Part shown: positions 9,726 to 19,574 of the stretch, piece after piece
Numbering within the stretch: the first letter of the stretch is position 1
Layout: the number at the start of each line of letters is the position of its first letter
Assembly: GCA_025965085.1 (NCBI GenBank)
Contig: JAOPXP010000093.1
Span: forward strand, 414-64,413
DNA: 64,000 nt
Source of the DNA: Marmoricola sp.
Lineage (GTDB): Bacteria; Actinomycetota; Actinomycetes; Propionibacteriales; Nocardioidaceae
Reading direction: 5' to 3'
Made by a program: the position numbers and the translations under genes
The notes under the pieces: generated by a model
Told to the model about the DNA's origin: nothing
What the model saw: the letters and a program-made list of their open reading frames with translations, nothing else
Databases searched by the model: none

Positions 9726-10790
9726 CTAGCCCACCTTCCTTGAAGTGGAGAGTTTCTTCACGTACAGGTTCACCAGGACCGCCAGCAGGAGCATCACGCC
9801 GAGGAAGGCGCGGAACCAGTTCGGGTCCCAGCCGGCGTACACGATGCACAGGCTCGTCATGCCGAAGATGAAGGAGCCGATGGCCACGCCGATGGCGTTG
9901 CCGTAGCCGCCGGTCAGCAGAGTGCCACCGACGACGGCGGCGATGATGTAGAGGAACTCGTTGCCCACGCCGTTGCCGGCCTGGATCGTGTTGAACCTGT
10001 ACAGCGTGTGCATGCCCGTGAACCACGCGAGGAAGCTCACGGTCATGAACAGGCCGATCTTGACCTTCATCACCGGCACACCGACGGCCCGTGCACTTGC
10101 CTGGTTCCCGCCGACCGCGAAGATCCAGTTGCCGACCTTGGTGCGCAGCAGTACCCAGGAAGCCAGTGCCACGAACAGGAACCACCACACCACGGTGATG
10201 CTGACGTTGACCGAGCCGACCTGGAACGTGGAGGCGAAGACCTTCTGGAGCTGCGAGTAGCCGTTCATCTGGTCGATGTTGGGAGTGGAGACCGAGCCCG
10301 TGACCCGCTTGGTCACGCCCAGGTTGACCCCCTGCAGGACGAAGAACGTGCCCAGGGTGATCAGGAAGCTGGCGATTCCGGTCTTCATCACCAGGTACCC
10401 GTTGAGGAATCCGATGGCCAGCGCGACGACCAGGGAGAGCGCTGCGCCGACCCACAGGTTCAGGTTGTTCTGATAGGAGAAGATCGCGTTGACGAGTCCG
10501 GCGGTCGTCACCATCACGCCGGCGGAGAGGTCGAACTCGCCGCCGATCATCAACATGCCGACGGCCACGGCCACGATTCCGATCGTCGAGCTCTGGTAGA
10601 GGACGGTGGCCAGCGACTCGGCCGACCGGAAGGGTGGGGCCACCACGAGGAAGAAGATGCCGATGACGATCGCAGCCACGAGGGCACCGATCTCCGGGCG
10701 GGCCAGGGCCCTGTTCAGGAACCCGAGCTGAACCCGGTTCGTATCCTCGGCTGGGGCCCCGAGGGCCTGCTTTTCAGACGTCTGACTCAT
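9726..10790 (-). CDS. Sugar (inositol) ABC transporter permease
   Basis: RbsC-type 'GEFDLSAG', 'GGNQASARAVGVP', 'AAVVGGTLLTGGYG'. Confidence 0.93.
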   Translation of the reverse strand: MSQTSEKQALGAPAEDTNRVQLGFLNRALARPEIGALVAAIVIGIFFLVVAPPFRSAESLATVLYQSSTIGIVAVAVGMLMIGGEFDLSAGVMVTTAGLVNAIFSYQNNLNLWVGAALSLVVALAIGFLNGYLVMKTGIASFLITLGTFFVLQGVNLGVTKRVTGSVSTPNIDQMNGYSQLQKVFASTFQVGSVNVSITVVWWFLFVALASWVLLRTKVGNWIFAVGGNQASARAVGVPVMKVKIGLFMTVSFLAWFTGMHTLYRFNTIQAGNGVGNEFLYIIAAVVGGTLLTGGYGNAIGVAIGSFIFGMTSLCIVYAGWDPNWFRAFLGVMLLLAVLVNLYVKKLSTSRKVG

Positions 10791-10880
10791 GAGAGAACCT
10801 CCAAGGTTCCGGTTGGTCGAGGGAGGCCGTACGGCGCTGGCTTGTCCGACCCTGGGTCGTGCGACCTCCCACGGGATCCG

Positions 10881-11882
10881 CTAGCGGGTGCCCTTCTGCG
10901 CGAACGGGAGGATGGTGCCGATGTTCGACTTGTCCACGAACGACGGGCCGGTGAGAACCGGGCCACCACCGCCGATGTCGTTGCCGTTCTTCTTGTCGAG
11001 GTACAGCGCAGTCACGGCCATGTAGCCCTGGACGTACGGCTGCTGGTCGATCGAGAAAGCGATCTTCCCGTCCTTGATGTCCTTCGCCGCGTCGGCGTTC
11101 AGGTCGAAGGTCACGAGCTTCGCCTTGCTCCCGGCCGAGTCCATCGCCTTGAGCGCGTCGAGTGCGATCGGGGCACCCAGCGTGACGATGTAGTCGATCG
11201 ACTTGTCCTGCGACAGCTTGGCCTGCAGCGAGGACACCACGGCGGAGTCGTCGGCACCGTTGACCTGGATGTTCTCGGTGCTGGGTGCCTTGCTCTTGAC
11301 ACCGGCGCAACGAGTCTCCAGCGCCACCGAGCCAGAGGCCTGAATCACGCAGAGCACGTTCTTGCCCCCCGCCTGGGCGATCCGCTCACCCGCGGTCTCG
11401 CCCGCCAGCTTCTCGTCGGAACCGAAGTACATCGACGCGCCGACGCTCTGGTACTGGTCGATGCCGGAGTTGAAGGCCACGACCGGGATCTTGGCGTCCT
11501 TCGCCGCCTTCACCGAGGCGGCGAGGGCGTCCGGGGTCGCGAGGGTGGTGGCAATGCCGTCGACCTTCGAGTCGATGGCGTTCTGGATCAGCGTCGCCTG
11601 CTTGCCCGGGTCGGGGTCGTTGGAGTACTTGAGGTCGATGCCGTAGTTCTTCGCGGCCTGCGTCGCCCCGGACTTGATCTTGTCCCAGAACGTGTCACCC
11701 GGGGTCTCGTGGGTGATCATCGCGATCGTGTAGCCGGAGTTGTCCCCCGCACCACCGCCGCTTCCGCTATTGCTGGTGCTCCCGGTGTCCGTGCGGCCCC
11801 CGGAGGCGCAGGCTGACAGGAAGACGGCGAGCACGGCGGCAATGATGAGCGGGCCGCCTCGTCGAGCTCGGGTCTGTTTCAT
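10881..11882 (-). CDS. Sugar (inositol) ABC transporter substrate-binding lipoprotein
   Basis: Lipobox 'LSAC'; 'THETPGDTFWD', 'DQQPYVQGY'; start MKQTR after an AAGGA RBS. Confidence 0.9.
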   Translation of the reverse strand: MKQTRARRGGPLIIAAVLAVFLSACASGGRTDTGSTSNSGSGGGAGDNSGYTIAMITHETPGDTFWDKIKSGATQAAKNYGIDLKYSNDPDPGKQATLIQNAIDSKVDGIATTLATPDALAASVKAAKDAKIPVVAFNSGIDQYQSVGASMYFGSDEKLAGETAGERIAQAGGKNVLCVIQASGSVALETRCAGVKSKAPSTENIQVNGADDSAVVSSLQAKLSQDKSIDYIVTLGAPIALDALKAMDSAGSKAKLVTFDLNADAAKDIKDGKIAFSIDQQPYVQGYMAVTALYLDKKNGNDIGGGGPVLTGPSFVDKSNIGTILPFAQKGTR

Positions 11883-12115
11883 GGTCCAGATTCCTTTCCT
11901 TGTGAAGCCTGCCTGCTCCCGGCACGGATGCGGGCGGAGCCGACTCGCAAGCGCGAGGGCGGTCGGAGCTTGGCCTGATGTGGAACGCAGATCTGACCTC
12001 GAGGGCGGATCCTGCGGACTCCCGTGGTGCCGGCGGCGAACCTCATGAGTCAGTACCTCGCTCGGAATGCCGACCCTGTGTCGGCCGTCACAGCCTTGCC
12101 GAGCCGAAGATTCGT

Positions 12116-12205
12116 TGTCAAGGCTTTGTTCTAACATTCTGAACTTGGGACCATCGTCGCGGGCCAGTTGTTCAGCCGATAGAATGTCAGGACAAAGTCT
12201 TGACA
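12116..12205. promoter_or_regulatory. Divergent iol promoter region with a 25-bp imperfect inverted repeat carrying two IolR-like boxes
   Basis: 12181-12205 AGAATGTCAGGACAAAGTCTTGACA versus the reverse complement of 12116-12140, AGAATGTTAGAACAAAGCCTTGACA (22/25 identical). Confidence 0.75.
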
Positions 12206-12306
12206 GCCAACGGTCGCCGTGGGTTGGATGAGGACCGGCGCTCCGGGATGTCGCTCCGCCGCGTCATCCCTCACTGCAAGCGCAACCACCGACCCCGGAG
12301 GCCACC

Positions 12307-13803
12307 GTGAGAACCGTCCAGCACTGGATCGCCGGCAAGACCACGTCCGGCAGCACCGACCGCACCGCACCCGTCTTCAACCCCGCCACCGGGGCGCAAC
12401 AGTCCGAGGTGCTGCTCGGCTCGACGGCAGACGTGGAGTCGGCCATCGCTGCGGCCAAGGACGCGTTCGCCGAGTGGTCCCAGACGTCGCTGTCCCGGCG
12501 GACGAAGGTGCTGTTCGCCTTCCGCGAGCTGGTGAACGCCCACGCGGAGGAGATCGCCGAGCTGATCACCGATGAGCACGGCAAGGTGCTCTCGGACGCG
12601 CTGGGCGAGGTGCAGCGCGGTCTCGAGGTGGTCGAGTTCGCCTGCGGGATCCCGCATCTCCTCAAGGGTGACTTCTCCGACCAGGTGTCCACCGACGTCG
12701 ACACCTACTCCTTCCGGGAGCCCCTGGGGGTCGTCGCAGGGATCACTCCGTTCAACTTTCCCGCCATGGTGCCGATGTGGATGTTCCCGGTGGCCATCGC
12801 CTGCGGGAACACCTTCGTGCTCAAGCCGAGCGAGCGCGACCCCTCGGCCTCCATGCGGCTGGCCGAGCTCTGGCAGCAGGCCGGGTTGCCCGACGGCGTC
12901 TTCAACGTCGTGCACGGTGACAAGGTCGCCGTCGACACCATCCTGGACTCGCCCGACGTCGCAGCGGTGTCGTTCGTCGGGTCCACCCGCATCGCGAAGT
13001 ACATCCATGAGCGGGGGACCGCCAACGGCAAGCGGGTGCAGGCGCTCGGCGGGGCCAAGAACCACGCCATCGTCCTGCCCGACGCCGACGTGGAGTTCGC
13101 GGCCGATCACCTCGCCGCCGCAGCCTTCGGTTCCGCAGGGGAGCGCTGCATGGCGATCTCCGCCGCGGTCGCCGTCGGGTCCGCCGGGGACGCGATCGTC
13201 GAGGCGGTCAACGAGCGCGCACGCGCGGTCAAGGTGGGCTCCGGGCGTGACAGCAGCAGCGAGATGGGCCCGGTCGTCACCAAAGAGGCCCAGGAGCGCA
13301 TCCTCGGGCTGATCGACACGGGCGAGGCGCAGGGCGCGACCGTGACCGTGGACGGCCGCGGCTACGTCGTACCGGGCCACGAGGACGGCTACTTCGTCGG
13401 TCCGACGGTGATCGACCGGGTCGCGACGGACATGGACGTCTACCGCGAGGAGATCTTCGGACCGGTGCTCTCGGTGGTCCGCACCGACAGCGTCGACGAG
13501 GCGATCGCCCTGATCAACGCCAACCCCTACGGCAACGGCACCGCGATCTTCACCTCGAGCGGTGAGGCGGCCCGGAGGTTCCAGCGTGGCGTCCACGTCG
13601 GGATGATCGGCATCAACGTCCCGGTCCCGGTGCCGATGGCGTTCTACTCCTTCGGTGGCTGGAAGGACTCGTTGTTCGGGGACAAGCACGTGCACGGTCC
13701 CGAGGGCGTCAGCTTCTACACCCGGGCCAAGGTCGTGACCGCCCGCTGGCCGCACTCGTCCCACGCCAGTGAGGCGAGCTTCCACTTTCCCACCGCCAAG
13801 TAG
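12307..13803 (+). CDS. iolA: Methylmalonate/malonate-semialdehyde dehydrogenase (CoA-acylating)
   Basis: 'ITPFNFPAM', 'KPSERDP', 'GGAKNH', 'AGERCMA', 'EEIFGP'; first gene of the iol operon. Confidence 0.9.
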   Translation: MRTVQHWIAGKTTSGSTDRTAPVFNPATGAQQSEVLLGSTADVESAIAAAKDAFAEWSQTSLSRRTKVLFAFRELVNAHAEEIAELITDEHGKVLSDALGEVQRGLEVVEFACGIPHLLKGDFSDQVSTDVDTYSFREPLGVVAGITPFNFPAMVPMWMFPVAIACGNTFVLKPSERDPSASMRLAELWQQAGLPDGVFNVVHGDKVAVDTILDSPDVAAVSFVGSTRIAKYIHERGTANGKRVQALGGAKNHAIVLPDADVEFAADHLAAAAFGSAGERCMAISAAVAVGSAGDAIVEAVNERARAVKVGSGRDSSSEMGPVVTKEAQERILGLIDTGEAQGATVTVDGRGYVVPGHEDGYFVGPTVIDRVATDMDVYREEIFGPVLSVVRTDSVDEAIALINANPYGNGTAIFTSSGEAARRFQRGVHVGMIGINVPVPVPMAFYSFGGWKDSLFGDKHVHGPEGVSFYTRAKVVTARWPHSSHASEASFHFPTAK

Positions 13804-13849
13804 TTCGTCGTGCCCCGTGGCCTGGCCCACGGGCGCGGAAGGAGACCAC

Positions 13850-14773
13850 ATGTCCGACCTCTCCAAGCTCCGTCTCGGCACCGCGCCGGACTCGTGGGGA
13901 GTCTGGTTCCCCAGAGATGCCCACCAGGTGACGTGGGACGTCTACCTCGACGAGATCGCGGCGGTGGGTTACGTCTACACCGAGCTGGGGCCCCAGGGAT
14001 TCATGCCGCAGGACCCCTCACAGCTGAACGAGGAGCTGGCCAGGCGCAACCTCACCGTGTGCGGCGGCACGGTCTTCGCGGGTCTGCACAAGGGCAAGGA
14101 GGCGCTCGACGAGGCGATCGCCGAGTTCGGCCAGGAGGCCAGGCTGCTGGCCGCGGTCGGAGCCGAGTACCTCGTCCACCTGCCCGAGCAGTACACCGAC
14201 CAGCACACCGGTGCGCACACGGACTCCGGTGACCTGGACCCAGAGCAGTGGAAGAACCTCGTGACCGGCACCGACGAGCTCGCCAAGGTGCTCTACGGCG
14301 AGCACGGCGTGAAGCTGGTCTTCCACCCACACGCCGACACCCACGTCGACACCCAGTCGCGCATCGAGCGCTTCCTCTCCGACACCGACCCCGAGCTGGT
14401 CAACCTCTGCCTCGACACGGGGCATGTCGCCTACTGCGAGGGCGACAACATCGAGATCATCAGGAAGTTCCCCGAGCGGATCACCTACGTGCACCTCAAG
14501 TCCGTCGATCCCGGCGTACGGGCCCGCGCCCTGGCGGAGAGGATGCCGCTCTCGGAGTCGGTCAAGCTCGGGATCATGTGCGAGCCGCCCTACGGCGAGC
14601 CGGACATGCCGCCCCTGCTCCACGAGCTCGGAAACCTCGACCGGGAGATCTACACCGTGATCGAGCAGGACCTCTACCCCGTCGAGCCGCACATCCCCCT
14701 GCCCATCGGCGCGCGCACCGCCGGCTACTACGTCGGCTGCGGGCTCGGACCCGTCCGTCGCTGGCCCTACTGA
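13850..14773 (+). CDS. iolE: Myo-inosose-2 dehydratase-like TIM barrel protein
   Basis: Actinobacterial IolE-type N-terminus 'LGTAPDSWGVWFP', 'ELGP', 'FHPHADTHV', 'LDTGH', 'VHLK'; operon context. Confidence 0.72.
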   Translation: MSDLSKLRLGTAPDSWGVWFPRDAHQVTWDVYLDEIAAVGYVYTELGPQGFMPQDPSQLNEELARRNLTVCGGTVFAGLHKGKEALDEAIAEFGQEARLLAAVGAEYLVHLPEQYTDQHTGAHTDSGDLDPEQWKNLVTGTDELAKVLYGEHGVKLVFHPHADTHVDTQSRIERFLSDTDPELVNLCLDTGHVAYCEGDNIEIIRKFPERITYVHLKSVDPGVRARALAERMPLSESVKLGIMCEPPYGEPDMPPLLHELGNLDREIYTVIEQDLYPVEPHIPLPIGARTAGYYVGCGLGPVRRWPY

Positions 14774-14797
14774 GACCACTGCCACAGGAGAAGCGCC

Positions 14798-15805
14798 ATG
14801 ACACTCAAGGTCGGAGTCATCGGGACCGGCATGATCGGCCGAGACCACATCCGCCGGCTCACCGAGGTCGTCTCGGGGGCCGAGGTGGTCGCCGTCAGCG
14901 ACGCCAACGAGGTGGTCGCCAAGGAGGTCGCCGCCGGCCTCCCCGCCGCGACCGTCCACGCGACCGGCGAGGAACTGATCGCCGACGACCGCGTCGAGGC
15001 GGTGGTCGTGTGCTCCTGGGGCCCCACCCACGAGCAGTACGTCGTCGCCTCGATCGAGGCGGGCAAGCCGGTCTTCTGCGAGAAGCCGCTGGCGAGCACC
15101 ACCGAGGCGTGCCAGCGGATCATGGCCGCGGAACTGGCTGGCGGGCGGCGGCTCGTGCAGGTCGGCTTCATGCGCAGGTACGACGCGCCGTACCGCGCGC
15201 TGAAGCAGGCGATCGACTCCGGGGTCGTCGGGGCGCCCCTCATCTACTACTCGGGCCACCGCAACCCCTCGGTGCCCGAGCACTACACGAGGGACATGGC
15301 GATCGTCGACACCGCTGTGCACGACTTCGACGTGACGCGGTGGCTGCTCGGCGAGGAGCTCACCGCCATCCGGGTGCTCGCGGGCAAGCCCAATCGCCAC
15401 GGTGGCGAGCTGCTGGACCCGCTGCTGATGGTCCTCGAGTCGTCCTCGGGGGTCCTGGTGACCGTCGAGACCTCGGTCAACATCCGCTACGGCTACGACA
15501 TCCGCGGCGAGGTCGTCGGCGAGGAGGGCACCGCGGCGCTGGCCGACACCGGACAGGTCGTCCTGCGCAGGGCGAACAGCGCCGGTGTCGCGGTTCCCGA
15601 GGACTGGCGGGAGAGGTTCGTCCTCGCCTATGACGTGGAGTTCCAGGAGTGGATCAACGAGGTGACCGGCGGCAGGACCCTGACGGGTCCGAGCTCGTGG
15701 GACGGCTACGCCGCGCAGGTCGTGTGCGACGCCGGCGTGAGATCGCTCCACGAGGGTGACCGGGTCGAGATCGCGCTCGGCACCAGACCGGCCCTCTACT
15801 CCTGA
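14798..15805 (+). CDS. iolG: Inositol 2-dehydrogenase
   Basis: 'GVIGTGMIG', 'CEKPLA', 'QVGFMRRYD', 'DTAVHDFD', 'YGYDIRGEVVGE'. Confidence 0.88.
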   Translation: MTLKVGVIGTGMIGRDHIRRLTEVVSGAEVVAVSDANEVVAKEVAAGLPAATVHATGEELIADDRVEAVVVCSWGPTHEQYVVASIEAGKPVFCEKPLASTTEACQRIMAAELAGGRRLVQVGFMRRYDAPYRALKQAIDSGVVGAPLIYYSGHRNPSVPEHYTRDMAIVDTAVHDFDVTRWLLGEELTAIRVLAGKPNRHGGELLDPLLMVLESSSGVLVTVETSVNIRYGYDIRGEVVGEEGTAALADTGQVVLRRANSAGVAVPEDWRERFVLAYDVEFQEWINEVTGGRTLTGPSSWDGYAAQVVCDAGVRSLHEGDRVEIALGTRPALYS

Positions 15806-15839
15806 CAGCCAGGCGAGTCCGACCCGAAAGGAAGCCGAG

Positions 15840-16706
15840 ATGAAGATCGCCCTCGACCCCTACATGTTCCGCACCACCCCGCTGCTGGAGCTGCCTGCTC
15901 TCGTCGCGGACCTCGGCTTCGAGTACATCGAGCTGTCGCCCCGCGAGGACTTCACGCCGTTCTTCCTCCATCCGCGAGCGGACGACGACACGGTCCGGTC
16001 CTTCAAGAAGGCTCTCGACGCGGCGGGGGTGAAGGTCGCCTCGCACCTGCCCCTCTACCGCTGGTCCGGGCCCGACGAGGACGAGCGCCGGGCGGCGGTG
16101 CGGTACTGGAAGCGGGCCATCCAGCTCACCGTCGACCTCGACTGTCGCGTGATGAACTCCGAGTTCAACGGCCGTCCCGAGCAGGCCAGCCGCAGTGAGG
16201 GCATGTTCTGGAGGTCCATGGAGGAGCTGCTGCCGGTCTTCGAGCGTGAGGGGATGGAGCTGCGGCTGGAGCCGCACCCCGACGACTTCGTCGAGGACGG
16301 GCTCGTCGCCGTCGACATGGTGCGCGGCATCAACAGCCCGCTCGTCTCCTTTCTCTACTGCGCCCCGCACACGTTCCACATGGGCGGCAACATGGTCGAG
16401 ATCATGGAGTACGCCGGGCCCCTGATGACCCAGCTCCACCTCGCGGACTCCTTCGACCACACGGCGTCCTCGGGCCTGCGCTACATCGTGAACCCTCCCG
16501 GCTCGTCGGCGCGGGTGCACCAGCACCTCGACATCGGTCAGGGGGAGGTCGACTGGGGCGCCTTCTTCGCGACGCTGCACCGCCTCGGGTTCGGTGACAG
16601 CGACCGCAACGTCATGACGTCGTGCGTGTTCGCCTGGGAGGACCGCGCCCACGAGTCGAGCACGTTCATGCGCGAGACCATCGACACGTACGTGAGCGCG
16701 TGGTGA
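15840..16706 (+). CDS. iolH: IolH-like sugar phosphate isomerase/epimerase
   Basis: 'MKIALDPYM...YIELSPREDF' matches the IolH-type N-terminus; 'EPHPDDF', 'HQHLDIGQG'. Confidence 0.8.
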   Translation: MKIALDPYMFRTTPLLELPALVADLGFEYIELSPREDFTPFFLHPRADDDTVRSFKKALDAAGVKVASHLPLYRWSGPDEDERRAAVRYWKRAIQLTVDLDCRVMNSEFNGRPEQASRSEGMFWRSMEELLPVFEREGMELRLEPHPDDFVEDGLVAVDMVRGINSPLVSFLYCAPHTFHMGGNMVEIMEYAGPLMTQLHLADSFDHTASSGLRYIVNPPGSSARVHQHLDIGQGEVDWGAFFATLHRLGFGDSDRNVMTSCVFAWEDRAHESSTFMRETIDTYVSAW

Positions 16707-16708
16707 CG

Positions 16709-17677
16709 ATGACCGGACTCCAGCTCCTCACGGTCGGCCGCGTCGGCGTGGACCTCTACCCCGAGCAGCGTGGACCTCTCCGAGACGTCACCAGCTTCGC
16801 CAAGTCCCTCGGCGGCACTGCCACCAACGTCGCTGTGGGTGCCGCCCGGCTCGGGCGTCGTGCGGCCGTGCTGACCAAGGTGGGACCGGACGGGTTCGGC
16901 TCCTACGTGCGCCAGGCGCTGGCAGGGTTCGGGGTCGACGCGTCGTACGTCGGGACGGCCGAGGACCTGCTGACACCGGTGGTGTTCTGCGAGCTCGACC
17001 CGCCCGAGGACCCGCCGTTGCTCTTCTACCGGCTCCCGGTGGCGCCGGACCTCACCCTGACCGTCGACGACGTGCCCTGGGAGGTCGTGCGGGACGTGCC
17101 CGTGCTGTGGGTGACCGGCACCGGGGTGAGCGTGGAGCCCGCCCGCGGCACGCAGCTGGAGATGCTGGCTCGGCGCGGGCGGCCCGATCCCGGGTCCGGG
17201 CGCTGGACCTGCCTGGACCTCGACTGGCGCGCGATGTTCTGGCCAACGCCTGAGGAGGCTCGCGCCGAGTACGACCTGATGCTCGACTCGGTGAGCGTCG
17301 TCGTCGGGAACCGCGCCGAGGTGGAGGTGGCGGTCGGCACGGGCGAGCCGCACGAGGCCGCCAAGCGCCTGCTCGACCGTGGCGTGCAGCTGGCCCTGGT
17401 CAAGATGGGTGGCGAGGGAGTGCTCGTGGCCACGCCCGAGGCCACCACCGTGGTCCCGCCGCACCCGGTCGAGGTGGTGTGCGGGCTCGGTGCCGGCGAC
17501 GCCTTCGGCGGTGCGCTCGTGCACGGCCTGCTCGCCGGCTGGGACGTGATTCGCATCGCGGAGTACGCCAACGCGGCCGGAGCCCTGGTCGCGTCCCGAC
17601 TGGCCTGCGCCGACGCCATGCCCACCGCGGCTGAGCTCGACGCCGTCGTCACCGCCCGAGGAGGAATCACAGCATGA
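16709..17677 (+). CDS. iolC: 5-dehydro-2-deoxygluconokinase (PfkB family)
   Basis: 'GRVGVDLYP', 'LGGTATNVAV', 'DLDWR', 'GLGAGDAFGG'. Confidence 0.9.
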   Translation: MTGLQLLTVGRVGVDLYPEQRGPLRDVTSFAKSLGGTATNVAVGAARLGRRAAVLTKVGPDGFGSYVRQALAGFGVDASYVGTAEDLLTPVVFCELDPPEDPPLLFYRLPVAPDLTLTVDDVPWEVVRDVPVLWVTGTGVSVEPARGTQLEMLARRGRPDPGSGRWTCLDLDWRAMFWPTPEEARAEYDLMLDSVSVVVGNRAEVEVAVGTGEPHEAAKRLLDRGVQLALVKMGGEGVLVATPEATTVVPPHPVEVVCGLGAGDAFGGALVHGLLAGWDVIRIAEYANAAGALVASRLACADAMPTAAELDAVVTARGGITA

Positions 17678-18621
17678 CCAATGTCGACATCCCGGTCGTC
17701 GGCGTCCGGAACCCCGCGCTTCCCGACGCCCAGTGGCAGAGCCTGCTCCGCACGCGGGCCACCGATCCGCTCGCGATCGCCCGGGCGTATGACGCCCGAG
17801 CGCGCGCCTCCGGCGTCCTGTCGGAACGAGACACACTCTTCCTGGTGGCCGCCGACCATCCGGCTCGCGGTTCGTTGCGGTCCGGCGACGACGCCATGGC
17901 CATGGCGGACCGCAGGTCGCTCCTCGCCCGGCTCGTCGCGGCGCTCGAGCACCCCGACGTCGACGGTGTCCTGGGCAGCCCGGACGTCGTGGAGGAACTG
18001 CTCCTGCTCGGCGCCCTCGAGGGCAAGCTGGTCATCGGCTCGATGAACCGCGGCGGCCTGGACGGTGCGAGCTGGACCATGGACGACCGGTTCACCGGCT
18101 ACGACGCCGCCAGCATCGCTGCCTGCGGTCTCGACGGCGGCAAGATGCTGCTGCGGATCGACGACGAGGACCCCTCGACCGCGGGCACGCTGGAGGGCTG
18201 CGCCCAGGCCGTCAGCGAGCTCGCCGCGCTCGGCCTGGTCGCGATGGTCGAGCCGCTGCCCTACCACCGCAGCGACGACGGCGGCCTGACCCTGCGCAAA
18301 GACGTGCCGGCCCTTGCCCGCGCGATCACCATCGCCAGCGCCCTGGGCAACACCAGTGCGTACACGTGGCTCAAGATGCCGTCCTGCGAGGACCCCGAGG
18401 CAGTCTTCAACGCCACCACGCTGCCGTGCGTCGTGCTGGGCGGGGTGCCCAGCCGGGACCCGGCCGAGGACCTCGCGTCGTGGGGACGGGCGCTGATCCA
18501 GCCCACCGTACGCGGGCTGGTGGTCGGCCGGGCGCTGCTCTACCCGCCCGACGGCGACGTCCGCTCCGCGGTCGACGCGGCCGCCCGGGTCCTGCGCAGC
18601 GCACACGAGGGGGAGAGGTGA
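17674..18621 (+). CDS. Class I aldolase-like TIM barrel (DeoC/LacD-like; Cgl0159 type)
   Basis: 'AADHPARG', 'GSMNRGGL', 'MVEP', 'WLK', 'VGRALLYP'; between iolC and iolB as in actinobacterial iol operons. Confidence 0.75.
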   Translation: MTNVDIPVVGVRNPALPDAQWQSLLRTRATDPLAIARAYDARARASGVLSERDTLFLVAADHPARGSLRSGDDAMAMADRRSLLARLVAALEHPDVDGVLGSPDVVEELLLLGALEGKLVIGSMNRGGLDGASWTMDDRFTGYDAASIAACGLDGGKMLLRIDDEDPSTAGTLEGCAQAVSELAALGLVAMVEPLPYHRSDDGGLTLRKDVPALARAITIASALGNTSAYTWLKMPSCEDPEAVFNATTLPCVVLGGVPSRDPAEDLASWGRALIQPTVRGLVVGRALLYPPDGDVRSAVDAAARVLRSAHEGER

Positions 18622-19574
18622 CGCTGCACCGGCCGTGGTCGCGCTCGGCGGCCGACACCCTGATCGTGGACGTTGCGCCCAAGGACGCCGGTTGGGAGTG
18701 GACCGGGCTGCAGGTGCTGGACCTTGCCGCGGGAGCGCCGGGCCGCCTCCGGACCGGTGAGTCGGAGGTCTTCCTGCTGCCGCTGTCCGGGGGTGAGATC
18801 ACGGTCGAGGTGGCGGGCGGTACCGGACAGGAGGCGTTCGACCTCCGGGGTCGCCGCTCGGTGTTCTCGGCTGTCAGCGACTTCCTCTACGTCGGCCGCA
18901 ACAGCACCATCACCCTCACCAGCGCCGAGGGGGCCGAGGTGGCCGTCCCGTCGGCGCGCTGCTCGCAGGCACGACCGCCGGCGTACGGCGCGGCGACCGA
19001 CGTGCCCGTCGAGGTGCGCGGCTCCGGGAACGCCACCCGCCAGGTGACCAACTTCGGCGTGCCGGGGGTGTGGGACCACGCGGAGAAGCTGATCTGCTGC
19101 GAGCTGATCACCCCGCCGGGCAACTGGTCGAGCTACCCGCCGCACAAGCACGACGCCAGCGAGCCCTGCACGGTGGTGAACGAGGAGATCTACTACTACC
19201 GGATCGCGGGGGAGGACCAGGTGAGCCCGTCCAGGACGGGCTTCGGCTACCACCGCACCTACACGGGGCCCGAGCACGAGGCCGCGGGGCTGGCGCCCCT
19301 CGACGAGCTGGTCGAGGTCCGCGATCACGACGTCGTGCTGGTGCCGCACGGGTACCACGGTCCGTCCGTCGCGGCGCCGGGATATCCCATGTACTACCTC
19401 AACGTGATGGCCGGCCCGGCCGCGGACCGCGCCCTGGCCTTCTGCGACGACCCCGACCACGCCTGGGTGCGCGGGAGCTGGGACCACATGCCGCGCGACC
19501 CACGCTGTCCGGTGACCTCTGCCACCGGCCGGCACGACGGACTCGAGCCCAGCTCGAGGGAAAGGCACACGTGA
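18618..19574 (+). CDS. iolB: 5-deoxy-glucuronate isomerase
   Basis: 'GNWSSYPPHKHD', 'EEIYY', 'VPHGYHGP', 'YYLNVMAG'; GTGA overlap. Confidence 0.92.
   Translation: MTLHRPWSRSAADTLIVDVAPKDAGWEWTGLQVLDLAAGAPGRLRTGESEVFLLPLSGGEITVEVAGGTGQEAFDLRGRRSVFSAVSDFLYVGRNSTITLTSAEGAEVAVPSARCSQARPPAYGAATDVPVEVRGSGNATRQVTNFGVPGVWDHAEKLICCELITPPGNWSSYPPHKHDASEPCTVVNEEIYYYRIAGEDQVSPSRTGFGYHRTYTGPEHEAAGLAPLDELVEVRDHDVVLVPHGYHGPSVAAPGYPMYYLNVMAGPAADRALAFCDDPDHAWVRGSWDHMPRDPRCPVTSATGRHDGLEPSSRERHT

Noticed and set aside
11883-12115. Riboswitch or sRNA in the long leader of the inositol-binding protein gene
   Set aside because: No recognisable aptamer consensus or terminator; only generic GC-rich pairing
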